Shown: positions 9,653-19,215 of the stretch, one piece after another
Layout of the letters: the number at the start of each line of letters is the position of its first letter
Position numbering within the stretch: the first letter of the stretch is position 1
NCBI GenBank assembly: GCA_965223845.1
Contig: CBDCXR010000004.1
Location: forward strand, 1,536,001-1,600,000
Origin: Planctomycetota bacterium
GTDB taxonomy: Bacteria > Planctomycetota > UBA8108 > SXIK01
Direction: 5' to 3'
DNA: 64,000 nt
The notes under the pieces: model-generated
Database searches by the model: none
The model's input: the letters and a program-made list of their open reading frames with translations, nothing else
What the model was told of the DNA's origin: nothing
Made by a program: the position numbers and the translations under genes

Positions 9653-11030
9653 GAAAAAGAGCACTGTTCTCATCGTCGACGACGAGCCGAGCCTGCGCGA
9701 GCTCCTCAGCGTCGTGCTCGAAGTCGAAGGGTACGAGGTGCAGTGTGCTTCGAACGGAGTCGAGGCGCTCGCCGTGTTCGATCGGTGTGACGGCGAGATC
9801 GAGGTCGTCATTCAGGACGTCCGCATGCCCGGGATGAGCGGTCTCGATCTACTGAAGCACTGGAAGCGGCGAGCGCCCCAGCTTCCCGTCATCGTCGTCA
9901 CGGCGTTTTCGACTTGGGACGACGCCGTCGAAGCGATGCGTCTCGGAGCGTACAACTATCTTCGCAAGCCGTTCGATACCGACATGATTCGGAAGGTCGT
10001 TCGAGGAGCCGTGCTCCGCACGTCCCGACGGAGCGATGCTTCCGCTGGTTGCTACCGCGACATCATCGGCAATCACCGCTCCCTCCAAGACGTGCTCGAG
10101 ATGGTGAGCCGCGTCGCCCGCACGGAGAGTACGGTGTTGATCCAAGGCGAGAGCGGTACGGGAAAGGAGATGATCGCGCGTACGATTCATCTTCAGTCGG
10201 CTCGCCACGACCGACCGTTTCTCCCCGTCAACTGCAGTGCGTTCGCGGAATCCCTCCTCGAGAGCGAGCTGTTCGGCCACGTTCGCGGCGCGTTCACGGG
10301 CGCACTCGAGGACCAAGACGGCGTATTCGCCGCCGCGGAGGGAGGGACGATCTTCCTCGACGAGATCGGAGACACCAGCCTCTCCACTCAGGTGAAGCTT
10401 CTTCGCGTTCTCGAAGAACGGTGCATCAGTCCGGTCGGCAGCTCGCGGATCGTTCCGATCGACGTCCGCGTCGTCGCCGCGACCAATCGCGACCTCGTGC
10501 GTGAAACTGCCGTGGGAACGTTTCGAGAAGATCTCTACTATCGACTCAACGTGATCCCTCTCCACATGCCTCCCCTCCGCGAGCGGAAAGACGACATCCC
10601 GTTTCTCGTCGGTCATTTCCTCGCGAAGTACTCCGAGCGAATGGGGAAAAACGTCACCCGAATCTCCGACGATGGGCTTCGGGCGCTCGCGCGCTACGAT
10701 TGGCCGGGCAATGTGCGGGAGCTCGAAAACATCGTCCAGCGGCACGTCGCGCTGGCCGACGGCGAAGAGATCGAAACGGTCGAGCTGCCCGGCTCGAGCT
10801 CGACCGCGCATGCCGAGGCACCGATCGTCACTCCCGACAACGTGGTTCTTCCGCGGGAAGGATTCGACCTTCAGCAGAGGCTGGACGACATCGAGCGGCG
10901 GTACATCGATCAAGCTCTCGAGCAGTCGGGCGGCCAAATGACGAAGGCCGCGCGCCTCCTCGGGATGAGTTACCGGTCGATGCGCTACCGCGTGAAGAAG
11001 CTCGGCCTCCGCGAGACGCGCGAGGCGTAA
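9645..11030 (+). CDS. pilR: Sigma54-dependent response regulator, PilR/NtrC family
   Basis: VDDE/QDVRMP receiver, [29 protein letters not shown]-terminal HTH; ATG at 9645 overlaps the pilS stop. Confidence 0.88.
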   Translation: MSEKKSTVLIVDDEPSLRELLSVVLEVEGYEVQCASNGVEALAVFDRCDGEIEVVIQDVRMPGMSGLDLLKHWKRRAPQLPVIVVTAFSTWDDAVEAMRLGAYNYLRKPFDTDMIRKVVRGAVLRTSRRSDASAGCYRDIIGNHRSLQDVLEMVSRVARTESTVLIQGESGTGKEMIARTIHLQSARHDRPFLPVNCSAFAESLLESELFGHVRGAFTGALEDQDGVFAAAEGGTIFLDEIGDTSLSTQVKLLRVLEERCISPVGSSRIVPIDVRVVAATNRDLVRETAVGTFREDLYYRLNVIPLHMPPLRERKDDIPFLVGHFLAKYSERMGKNVTRISDDGLRALARYDWPGNVRELENIVQRHVALADGEEIETVELPGSSSTAHAEAPIVTPDNVVLPREGFDLQQRLDDIERRYIDQALEQSGGQMTKAARLLGMSYRSMRYRVKKLGLRETREA

Positions 11031-11178
11031 TCCGACCGCGTTTGCCGTCGCGAGCTCGGCGACCCGTGGGGCCGAGGTCCGAGAACTCTCTCGGGCGATT
11101 CCGGGCGCTCACGTCCATCCGCCGGGACGTCCGAGATGATGGAAGCGTTACAAGAACCAAGCTCGGGAACGCTTCCGT

Positions 11179-13248
11179 ATGCCATCGACGACGATGATCG
11201 CCGACGCACCTTCGCAAGAAACGGGCGTCGGCCCGGAGAACCTCACCGGTCGGAGCCCGCGGGTACGGTATGCCTGCGCACTCGCCGCCTGGTGCGCGCT
11301 CGTACTCGCTCTCTTCGCCGTCGAGCACAGAGCACTCTTCGGGCTTGCCATCGCGAGGACCGTGACCCTCGCGTGGGCCGTGATCTGTGGCTACGCCATT
11401 TGGTTCACCGGTTTTCGTCTGCTCCGTCGAGCGATCGGCGCCGGGACGGACGCGATCTCGAGCGGATGCGAGCGGACCGCCTACGAACTCGGACTCGGCG
11501 CCCTCATCGCCATGCTGAGCGTGACGGCGCTCGGATTCCTCGGCGCCCTTCGCCCCGTCGTCGCTTACGGATTGCTGGGAGTGCTTCTCGCCGGGAATCA
11601 CCTCGCATTTTGGCGAGACCTTCGCGGTCGCTGGACGGGTCGCTCGAACCCGCGGCCGTCCGATCGATACTTCCTTGCGCTCACGCTCGTCGGCGGCGCC
11701 TTAGCTCTCGTCTCCGGCCTCGCGCCTCCCGTGTCGCAGGACGCGCTCGTCTACCACTTGGCGATTCCGGCCCGCTACATCGACGCCGGAGGAATCGTTC
11801 CCGTCCCGGGAAACTTCTTCGCCCAGTTTCCTCAATACGTCGAGCTGCTCTTTACCTGGGCACTCCTTCTCGACGGCCCCGAGCTCGCGAAACTGGTTCA
11901 CTGGGGATTTGGCGTCGCCTCGTCGATCGCGCTCGCAGGACTCGTGCGAGCACTCGACCCACGTGCGTCACGCAGTCTTGCCGTGGCTCTCTTCGCCACT
12001 CTTCCCACGGTGATGCTCGTCGCGGGGTGGGCTTACGTCGATCTCGCGATCGTCCACTTCTCACTCCTCACGCTCCTCTGCCTCTTGCGCTGGTTCGAGT
12101 TTGACACGATCCGGTGGGGAGTGCTCGGTGCGATCTTTGCCGGAGCCGCCGCGGGGACGAAGTACACGGGCGGACTCAACGGCTTGATCGTCGTCGGCGC
12201 GGCGATCGCCATCGCGCGATCGCGCAGTTACTCGGGGAGGAGCTTCCTCCGGACCGTATTCATCCTCGCCGGTGTGGTCGCCCTCGTCGCCGCTCCGTGG
12301 TGGTTGAAGAACATCGCCTACACGGGGAATCCCCTCTATCCCTTCGCGTTCGGTCTCTTCGGTGGAGAGGGCTGGGATGCGGAGCGGCAGGCGATCTTGA
12401 GCGGATCTCTCCGCGAGTGGGGTGGGGACCGGGGCATCTTCGCGACGATCGCGCTCCCGTGGCGAGTGACGATGGACGGACGGTTCTTCGATCCGGTCCA
12501 CTTCGACGGCGTCATCGGTGCGGGATTCCTGCTCGCCGTTCCCGCGTTGGCGCTCACTCTCCGGCGGGGGAGTGGATGCGGGATCGTCTGGACGTTCGTT
12601 GCCGTTCATGTGCTCCTCTGGATTCTCACGACGCGTCAGGTGCGCTTTCTCCTTCCGGCTCTCGCGGTTTTGAGTGCACTCACCGCCTGTGGGATTCAGC
12701 GCATGCAGACGGGAGACCGACTCCTTCGCGGTGCCGTGGTTGCCGCCGTTGCGCTCAACGTCGGCATGGCGCTCTTTCACTTCGCGGGTCACCGTCCACT
12801 GGGTGTGGTGCTCGGTCTCGAGTCGCGCGACGCCTATCTCGAGCGTGAGGTCCCCGGCGGTGACTACTCGATGTTTCGCTTCATCGCCGACGAACTTCCC
12901 GAGGATGCGTACCTCCTCTTCGGTTCACTGGGAAACCCTGGCTTTCTCTGCGAGCGGAGGTACTACGCGGACGCGTTCATCGAGAATCACACCCTGAAGG
13001 AGCTCCTCACGCGCGGGGCGACGCCGAGCGGCGTCGCCGGAGAGTTCCGCGCGCGCGGGTTTACTCACTTCGTGTTTCGCTTCGACTGCGTGTTCGACGC
13101 GACCAGGCGAAAGAGCGATCTCACTCTCGCGCAGCAGCAGCTTCTGGCGACGTTCCTCAATCGCTACGGCTCCGAGCTCTACCGGAAGGCAGGAACTCTG
13201 CTCTACGCCGTCGATTCGAGCGCGGACGCAGCTCGAGAATCCGGGTGA
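11179..13248 (+). CDS. Multi-pass membrane glycosyltransferase, GT-C fold (ArnT/GT39/DUF1420-like)
   Basis: Many TM helices; DALVYHLAIP, YVD, GTKYTG, PWWLKN...TGNPLYPF, RFLLP motifs; C-terminal soluble domain. Confidence 0.7.
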   Translation: MPSTTMIADAPSQETGVGPENLTGRSPRVRYACALAAWCALVLALFAVEHRALFGLAIARTVTLAWAVICGYAIWFTGFRLLRRAIGAGTDAISSGCERTAYELGLGALIAMLSVTALGFLGALRPVVAYGLLGVLLAGNHLAFWRDLRGRWTGRSNPRPSDRYFLALTLVGGALALVSGLAPPVSQDALVYHLAIPARYIDAGGIVPVPGNFFAQFPQYVELLFTWALLLDGPELAKLVHWGFGVASSIALAGLVRALDPRASRSLAVALFATLPTVMLVAGWAYVDLAIVHFSLLTLLCLLRWFEFDTIRWGVLGAIFAGAAAGTKYTGGLNGLIVVGAAIAIARSRSYSGRSFLRTVFILAGVVALVAAPWWLKNIAYTGNPLYPFAFGLFGGEGWDAERQAILSGSLREWGGDRGIFATIALPWRVTMDGRFFDPVHFDGVIGAGFLLAVPALALTLRRGSGCGIVWTFVAVHVLLWILTTRQVRFLLPALAVLSALTACGIQRMQTGDRLLRGAVVAAVALNVGMALFHFAGHRPLGVVLGLESRDAYLEREVPGGDYSMFRFIADELPEDAYLLFGSLGNPGFLCERRYYADAFIENHTLKELLTRGATPSGVAGEFRARGFTHFVFRFDCVFDATRRKSDLTLAQQQLLATFLNRYGSELYRKAGTLLYAVDSSADAARESG

Positions 13249-13302
13249 CCGATCGCCGCCGCCGTGGCGCTCGATTCGGCCGCCAGACGAAGCGCGGCGT
13301 CG

Positions 13303-14418
13303 TCAAGACCGGCCCCCGAACCCGTCCGCGGCGGAACCGTGCCGCTCCGCCAGACGCCGAAGCGCGCGCTGCGCGGTCTCGTTGAGAACCGAATCGTCTC
13401 GAACGTCCGCCTTCCGGGCTCGGGCCTCGAGCATCGTTCCTTGGGCGAGCGTGCCAACGTTCCCGATCGCCACCATCACATTGCGCAGGAACCCGCGGAA
13501 CTTCGCGCGACGAACGGCGCTCCGGGGAAAACGCGCTCGAAAGCCCTCTTCGTCGAGTGCTAAGAGATCGCTCAGCTGCGGGCGAAGGTTGTCTCGTCGC
13601 GGGGCGAGCTCGTCGTCGCCGCGAAGCTCGTCTCGCCGGTTGTGGGGACAGACCTCCTGACAGATGTCGCAGCCGAACACCATGTCCGCGACATCCGGCT
13701 CGAGCGAGGGCGGGATTTCTCCGCGAAGCTCGATCGTGAGGTACGAGATGCAGCGGCGTGCATCCAGTCGGTAGGGTTCGACGATCGCATCCGTCGGGCA
13801 CGCATCGATGCAGAGTCGGCAGGTTCCGCAGTGATCGGCGGCAGGGCGGTCCGGCTCCACTTCGAGATCGGTCAGCACCGCGGCGAGAAAGGAAAACGAT
13901 CCGAACTGAGGATGGATCGAGCAGGTGTTCTTTCCCAGCCACCCGATCCCTGCGGCCGCGGCCCAGTCTCGTTCGAGAACTGGGCCGGTGTCGACGTAGT
14001 AGCGAAAGCGTGCGGAGTAACGCTCGTGCAGAGCTTCGCAGGCCGCGCGGAGTCGGCGCTCGACAACGCGGTGGTAGTCGGTTCCGCGCGCGTACGCCGC
14101 GATGTGCGCGGTTCCGTCCGCGAGCGCGTCGATCGAGTAAGGCGAGTCGTCCCGGTACTCGATCGCGAGGGCGATCACCGTTCTCGCTCCTTCGAGCACT
14201 TCCCTCGGGTCCGTTCTCCGCGTTGTCCGGCGTTCGAGATACGCCATCGTCCCCGCGAAACCGTCGCTCACCCAGCGGCGGAATTCCTTCGCGTGAGGTG
14301 CGACTCGAGCGTGAGCGAATCCCACGCGATCGAAACCCGCCGCACGAACCAGCGAGCGCAGTGCCTCGCGGGCTGAGCCTCCGAGCGGTTCGCGTTGATC
14401 CGGCACCTGAGGAGTCAT
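13303..14418 (-). CDS. queG: Epoxyqueuosine reductase
   Basis: YARGTDYH, VDTGPVLER, GWLGKN, CGTCRLCIDACPT, CISYLTIE, GCDICQEVCP 2x[4Fe-4S] motifs. Confidence 0.95.
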   Translation of the reverse strand: MTPQVPDQREPLGGSAREALRSLVRAAGFDRVGFAHARVAPHAKEFRRWVSDGFAGTMAYLERRTTRRTDPREVLEGARTVIALAIEYRDDSPYSIDALADGTAHIAAYARGTDYHRVVERRLRAACEALHERYSARFRYYVDTGPVLERDWAAAAGIGWLGKNTCSIHPQFGSFSFLAAVLTDLEVEPDRPAADHCGTCRLCIDACPTDAIVEPYRLDARRCISYLTIELRGEIPPSLEPDVADMVFGCDICQEVCPHNRRDELRGDDELAPRRDNLRPQLSDLLALDEEGFRARFPRSAVRRAKFRGFLRNVMVAIGNVGTLAQGTMLEARARKADVRDDSVLNETAQRALRRLAERHGSAADGFGGRS

Positions 14419-14471
14419 TCGTGGAAGCGTCGTACGGCTCGGGGACGCGGCGCGGGAGCACGCCTCGGACG

Positions 14472-14500
14472 TTGCGGGGTAGCGCGAAGACGCCTATCTT
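14472..14500 (+). promoter_or_regulatory. Putative sigma70 promoter TTGCGG-N17-TATCTT upstream of acyP
   Basis: Spacing of 17 nt in the queG/acyP divergent region. Confidence 0.35.
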
Positions 14501-14595
14501 GTCAGAAGACGACTCGCGCCGAAACGTCTCGGCGATGATCGTCGATTCGATGGCCGCGAGCGAGCACTCCGAGGGAGGGAGCGATCGACGGAGTC

Positions 14596-14892
14596 ATGTC
14601 GATTGAATCTACCGAGCCCGCTCGAGTTCGACTGCTCGTCTCCGGACGAGTCCAGGGAGTCTGTTTTCGCGCGTACACCGTTGAGGAAGCGCGCGATCTG
14701 GAGCTATCGGGCTGGGTGCGGAACCTCGCCGACGGGCGCGTCGAGATCGAAGCGCAAGGCCCGCGCGAAGATGTCGAGCGTCTGGTCGCCTGGGCCAACC
14801 GAGGGTCCCCCTACGCCACGGTGACCGGAGTCGCCAGCGAGTGGATCGCCGCCGTATCGGGCGGTGAGTCCGGATTTCGGGTTCGGCGGTGA
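14596..14892 (+). CDS. acyP: Acylphosphatase
   Basis: VSGRVQGVCFR and GWVRNLADGRVE signatures. Confidence 0.93.
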   Translation: MSIESTEPARVRLLVSGRVQGVCFRAYTVEEARDLELSGWVRNLADGRVEIEAQGPREDVERLVAWANRGSPYATVTGVASEWIAAVSGGESGFRVRR

Positions 14893-16055
14893 GTGAGTCG
14901 CCTCGCGAGAGTCCCGCGCCAGTGGAGAGCGTGAGCGCGGCGATGTCTTCCCGGACATCGTTCTTCCGCGGACGAATCTGGATGTTCGTCCTCGCCGGCG
15001 GGGCCGTACTCGCAGTGCTCTTGTGGTGGTTTCTTCCGCTCGATCGACTCACGATCGAGACGTGGTATTCGCGGGGAGCCTATCGCCGAATCGCTGCGAT
15101 TCTCGTCCCGCTCACCGACCTCGCGCCGTTCTCGCTCAGCGTCTGGGGCAGCGCGGTCGGTGCGGCGGGATGTCTCGTTCTCTGGTGGCGGGCGTGGCGG
15201 CGCGGCCGCCGCCGTGGAGTCCGCTGGTACGCTCTCCGCTGGGGCGCGCTCCGCTGTACCCTTCTCGCGCTAGTCGTCTACGTGCTCTTTGTCGCGCTTT
15301 GGGGGGCGGGATACCGTCGCGTTCCTCTCGCCGATCGTCTTGGCCTCGACGAAGCATCGGTGAGTGACGACGAGTGGCGCGACTGCGCGTCGGGATTGCT
15401 CGGTGTGATCGCCGCCACCGAGACCGCTCCCCGAGACGTCGATGTCGCTCTCGCGTCGTTCCGCGCGTCTCTCGCTGCGACGATCGCGACTTGGGACGGC
15501 GTGCCGGTGACCCTTCCCGCGCGAATCAAATCGCCGCCGCGCGGGTCACTCCTCACATTCGGCTCGGCGGGTGTCACGTCGCCGTTCACGCTCGAAGCGC
15601 ACGTCGACCGCGCTCTCCCCGACGCCGCGTTCGTGCGCGTCGCGGCCCACGAGCTCGCTCACGTGGCGGGACTCTGCGGTGAGGCCGAGGCCGATCTCGC
15701 CGCAGCGCTGAGCGGACTCAAGGCGGAGCACGCGTTCGTGCGCTACGCAATCGCGCTCGATCTCTTTCGATCGGTGGTGCGGCGCCTTCCCGCAACCGAA
15801 CAGAGCGCTTGGGTCGAGCGTCTCCCCGAGCGGGCACGGGCCGATCTCCGTGCAGAGCGGGATGCCTACTTGAGGTATCGCTCGGACGCGTTGTCGAAGG
15901 TTCAGTCTCGGGTATACGATACGTACCTGCGGTCGCAGGGCGTCGAAGACGGGCTGGCGAACTACGCGCTCGCGGCCGACCTCTTCGCGCTCAGCCGCCG
16001 CCGGGGCCTCGTGGAGTTCGCGACACCCGCGGCGGAGAAGGGCGCGGGCGAGTGA
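14889..16055 (+). CDS. DUF3810-like membrane-anchored putative zinc metallopeptidase
   Basis: E-x-WYSRG-x-Y, three TM helices, WG-x-x-Y-R, PFTLEA, HELAH (HExxH) plus EAEAD, YDxYL...GLxNY. Confidence 0.75.
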   Translation: MSESPRESPAPVESVSAAMSSRTSFFRGRIWMFVLAGGAVLAVLLWWFLPLDRLTIETWYSRGAYRRIAAILVPLTDLAPFSLSVWGSAVGAAGCLVLWWRAWRRGRRRGVRWYALRWGALRCTLLALVVYVLFVALWGAGYRRVPLADRLGLDEASVSDDEWRDCASGLLGVIAATETAPRDVDVALASFRASLAATIATWDGVPVTLPARIKSPPRGSLLTFGSAGVTSPFTLEAHVDRALPDAAFVRVAAHELAHVAGLCGEAEADLAAALSGLKAEHAFVRYAIALDLFRSVVRRLPATEQSAWVERLPERARADLRAERDAYLRYRSDALSKVQSRVYDTYLRSQGVEDGLANYALAADLFALSRRRGLVEFATPAAEKGAGE

Positions 16056-16168
16056 GCCGCGTCCGAAGGATCGCGCATCGGGCCGTTTCTGTCCGCGCAG
16101 CGGGGGAGTAGGATAGCGCTGCGACGACCGTCTTCCGACTCTGCACTCCAATGTTTCGAGGACTGCCG

Positions 16169-16537
16169 ATGGATTCCGCCGCCGATACCCTCGCCGAAGG
16201 TTTTCTCGTCGCTCAGTTGAGCGAGCTCGCCCCGGTCGACTGCCCGTGTGGCACGTCGCGCCGCGCGTTCGGCGTCCCGGGGAACGACGTGGCAACGATT
16301 CACGAGGTCGAGATCTCAAAGGACAGCCGCGTTCACTATCACAAGCGGCTGACGGAGATCTACTACGTGCTCGAGGGTGAAGGGCACATCGAACTCAACG
16401 GCGACCGCGTCGAGGCGCGCCCGGGGACCGCGGTATTGATCCGTCCCGGTACGCGGCACCGTGCGGTCGGTGCACTTCGCGTCTTGGTGATTCCGATTCC
16501 CGCCTTCGACCCTGCCGACGAGTGGTTCGACGACTGA
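16169..16537 (+). CDS. Cupin domain protein
   Basis: CPCG motif, HYHKRLTEIYYVLEG and PGTRH cupin metal motifs; alternative start 16151. Confidence 0.85.
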   Translation: MDSAADTLAEGFLVAQLSELAPVDCPCGTSRRAFGVPGNDVATIHEVEISKDSRVHYHKRLTEIYYVLEGEGHIELNGDRVEARPGTAVLIRPGTRHRAVGALRVLVIPIPAFDPADEWFDD

Positions 16538-16555
16538 GGTCGAATCCGGACGCGA

Positions 16556-17686
16556 CTACGCGAGTCCGAGCTCGTGCCCGGAGAGTCGCTCGTAGCCGTC
16601 TGCGGTAATGAGATAATCGTGTTCGACGCGGATCCCGCCCGTCGGCGCGTCGTAGAGACCCGGCTCGAGCGTGATCACCATGCCCGCGCGGAGCTCGGCG
16701 TCACTCCGTGGCACGATCTCCGGGGCCTCGGGGTGCCCGAGGCCGATCGCGTGACCGGCGTGATGGACGAGCTTCCGTCCCGGCATCGCCGCTTCGAACG
16801 CGGCGTCGACCGCCTCGTATACGTCGCGCACCGGCCGGCCCGGGCCGAGTGTCGACTCGGCCGCCTCGAGACCACTTCGGACCGCGGCGAACAGATCGTT
16901 CTGTTCGGCCGACGGCGCGCCGCCGACCACGAGCGAGTTGGTTATGTCTCCGCGGTAACCCTCGACGTACGGAAAGAGATCGAGGATGACCAGCTCGCCG
17001 TTCTGCATCACGCGCTCCGTCGGCGCGCCGCCCCCTTTGGCGGCACGGTCACCCGATGCGATATCGCACATCATGACGAAGGGCGCGCCCGCGGTGAGCG
17101 TCGCACGCTGAACGAGCTGGCTGTAGTACTCGAGCTCCGTCATCCCCGGACGTAGGAACTCGCGCGAGGCGGCGTGCATCGTCTCCGCCGTTCGGATCCC
17201 TCGCCCGATCGCTCGGAGCTCGTCCCCGTCCTTCACCTGCCGGAACTCACGTAAATCGGCGTCGACGTCCCGAACCTGCTTCACGGTGCGACCGATCGAG
17301 GCGGGGACGGAATGGACCTCCGCGGCGAGCGTCTCGACTCGATCGCGCGCGATTCGATCGATGACGCGCTGCGCCGTCACGGCCGATCGAGGCTTCGCCG
17401 GTCCAACGCAATCGTACCAATCGTCGGCCTCTACGTGCTCGACGGCTCCTTCGTCCGTCTCCCGGATCGCGTCCGCGAGCCAGTTATCGATGTAGAGCGT
17501 GCTCTCGCCGGCTTTGTCGACATAGAGAAAGCTCGTGCTGCTCAGGTTGAGGCTGTTCGGTCGCGGGAAGAAGTTCGCGAGATAGAGGAGGTGCTCGGGT
17601 CGGTGAATGACGAGAGCGTCCGCCTCACCCCGGATGCGTTCGAGGAGCCGCGCGAGCCGCTGCTGGCAGCCGTCGGGAGTCAGCAT
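16556..17686 (-). CDS. Xaa-Pro aminopeptidase (M24B) family protein
   Basis: Creatinase-like N-terminus, R-x-VK...E, D...GDIT, GHAIG, TLEPG, RVEH metal ligands. Confidence 0.88.
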   Translation of the reverse strand: MLTPDGCQQRLARLLERIRGEADALVIHRPEHLLYLANFFPRPNSLNLSSTSFLYVDKAGESTLYIDNWLADAIRETDEGAVEHVEADDWYDCVGPAKPRSAVTAQRVIDRIARDRVETLAAEVHSVPASIGRTVKQVRDVDADLREFRQVKDGDELRAIGRGIRTAETMHAASREFLRPGMTELEYYSQLVQRATLTAGAPFVMMCDIASGDRAAKGGGAPTERVMQNGELVILDLFPYVEGYRGDITNSLVVGGAPSAEQNDLFAAVRSGLEAAESTLGPGRPVRDVYEAVDAAFEAAMPGRKLVHHAGHAIGLGHPEAPEIVPRSDAELRAGMVITLEPGLYDAPTGGIRVEHDYLITADGYERLSGHELGLA

Positions 17687-17689
17687 CGC

Positions 17690-18160
17690 TCAGCCATCCT
17701 TCTTCACTTGAACTATGGCCTCGATCTCGGTCGGGATCTGACCGGGGAGTGAGCCCGCGCCGACGGCGGAGCGCGACGCGCGGCCGGCATCCTCTCCGAA
17801 GACTTCGACAAAGAGGTCGGAGCAGCCGTTGATGACCTTCGGGTGGTCGCTGAACTCGGGCGTGGCGTTCACCAGCCCGAGCACCTTGACGACACGCGCG
17901 ACGCGGTCGAGCGAGCCGAGCGACTTGCGCAGGGTCGCGAGGATCCCGAGTCCGGTCTGGCGAGCCGACTGGTAGCCTTGCTCCACTGTCAGCTCCGCAC
18001 CCAGCTTTCCTGCCGCCGGGAGGCCGTCTTTCGGCGCCGGACCGTGACCGGAAATGAAGAGAAGATCGCCGACCGGGAGCGAGGTCACGTAGTTGGCGAC
18101 GGGGACGGGAGCCTCGGGAAGCGTGATCCCGAGCTCCGTGAGGCGCTGCTCAGCCGACAT
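17690..18160 (-). CDS. Rid/YjgF family protein (RidA-like)
   Basis: PVANYV, ISGHGP, GKLG, VINGCSDL, RSAVG, EIEA; ATG at 18160 after GGAG. Confidence 0.88.
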   Translation of the reverse strand: MSAEQRLTELGITLPEAPVPVANYVTSLPVGDLLFISGHGPAPKDGLPAAGKLGAELTVEQGYQSARQTGLGILATLRKSLGSLDRVARVVKVLGLVNATPEFSDHPKVINGCSDLFVEVFGEDAGRASRSAVGAGSLPGQIPTEIEAIVQVKKDG

Positions 18161-18341
18161 AGAAGTTTCTCCGGACGAGTCGATCGGAGGGAGAACGGTT
18201 CCACTGCGCGGAGAGCGCGCGAGCGAATCGCCGGCGAAGGGAACGGAATCGGCGAGGATTCGCGTTCCCGCACTCGCCCGAGAGGACCGCTTCCGGCCGA
18301 ATCGAGTTTTTGGTACAGGCTCCGAGAAATGACGGCCAGCT

Positions 18342-18370
18342 ATGGTACATATGGCGAGGTCGTGGTTCAA
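18342..18370 (-). promoter_or_regulatory. Putative sigma70 promoter TTGAAC-N17-TACCAT for the Rid-M24 pair
   Basis: Minus strand reads ttgaac-cacgacctcgccatatg-taccat. Confidence 0.45.
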
Positions 18371-18447
18371 TCCGAGCGCCGTTTCCCGGCGTCGCGCGGA
18401 AGTGGAGGGCCCCGTCTCGATCTTGCGCGCGGAGGCGAGACAGATTC

Positions 18448-18726
18448 ATGATTCAGCTTGTTTGGCTCATCGTCGTCGCCGGCCTGGCGTATCTGGCGTT
18501 TCTCGCCCGCGAGGTGTTGCCCTACGCGGTTGGGGGGGCGATCGCGCTCGTTGCGATCGGCTGGATCGTCGTCTCCGCGATGTGGCCGTCGAAGCCGGAC
18601 CGCCGCTGTCCGACCTGCGGGGAGTCGGGTCTCGTGAAGATCCGTCGCGGAGAGCCGGGCGTGGTCTGCGAGCAGTGCGGTTTTCGCGACGAGTCCATGC
18701 ACGTCGCTTATCTCGATGACTGGTGA
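18448..18726 (+). CDS. Small two-TM membrane protein with C-terminal zinc ribbon
   Basis: Two hydrophobic helices then CPTC...CEQC; GGAGG upstream. Confidence 0.7.
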   Translation: MIQLVWLIVVAGLAYLAFLAREVLPYAVGGAIALVAIGWIVVSAMWPSKPDRRCPTCGESGLVKIRRGEPGVVCEQCGFRDESMHVAYLDDW

Positions 18727-18741
18727 GGAGTTCGATCGACC

Positions 18742-19143
18742 GTGGAACCGAGCTGGATCATTCTTCAGGTTCTGAACACCGCGATGCTGTTCGTGATCGC
18801 ATACGGGATCGCCCAGCGCCGTCGGCCTCGCGTTCACATGCCGGTCATGGGCGGCGCCTTTCTGGGTGACGTCATCCTCGTCGGGCTCATCGAGTCGCGC
18901 GCGCGGGGGGATGGAAAAGGAGCCGTCGAACAGGGCGTCGACGCGTTCTCGGAAGGGGGTGAGTGGATCGAGCAGTTTCATATCATCGTCTCCGTCCTCT
19001 GCATCCTCGGGTACGTCGTCGCTCTCGTCACCGGTCTCCGTTTGCAGCGCTCGGGGCGTGGCCGAAAGCTCCACCGCTGGAACGCCGGTATCTTCATCGT
19101 GACGCGGCTGAGCAGCTACGTGACGTCGTACTGGATGGGCTGA
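18742..19143 (+). CDS. DUF420-like four-TM membrane protein
   Basis: Four TM helices with His residues (RVHMPVM, FHIIVS, KLHRW); GAGGAG RBS. Confidence 0.65.
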   Translation: MEPSWIILQVLNTAMLFVIAYGIAQRRRPRVHMPVMGGAFLGDVILVGLIESRARGDGKGAVEQGVDAFSEGGEWIEQFHIIVSVLCILGYVVALVTGLRLQRSGRGRKLHRWNAGIFIVTRLSSYVTSYWMG

Positions 19144-19215
19144 GCGGTTGCGGGAGACTGCGGTTCGTCCGTCGGCACTGCGACGTGGAGCTCGGTAGCT
19201 CGAGTGCGTCGACGG

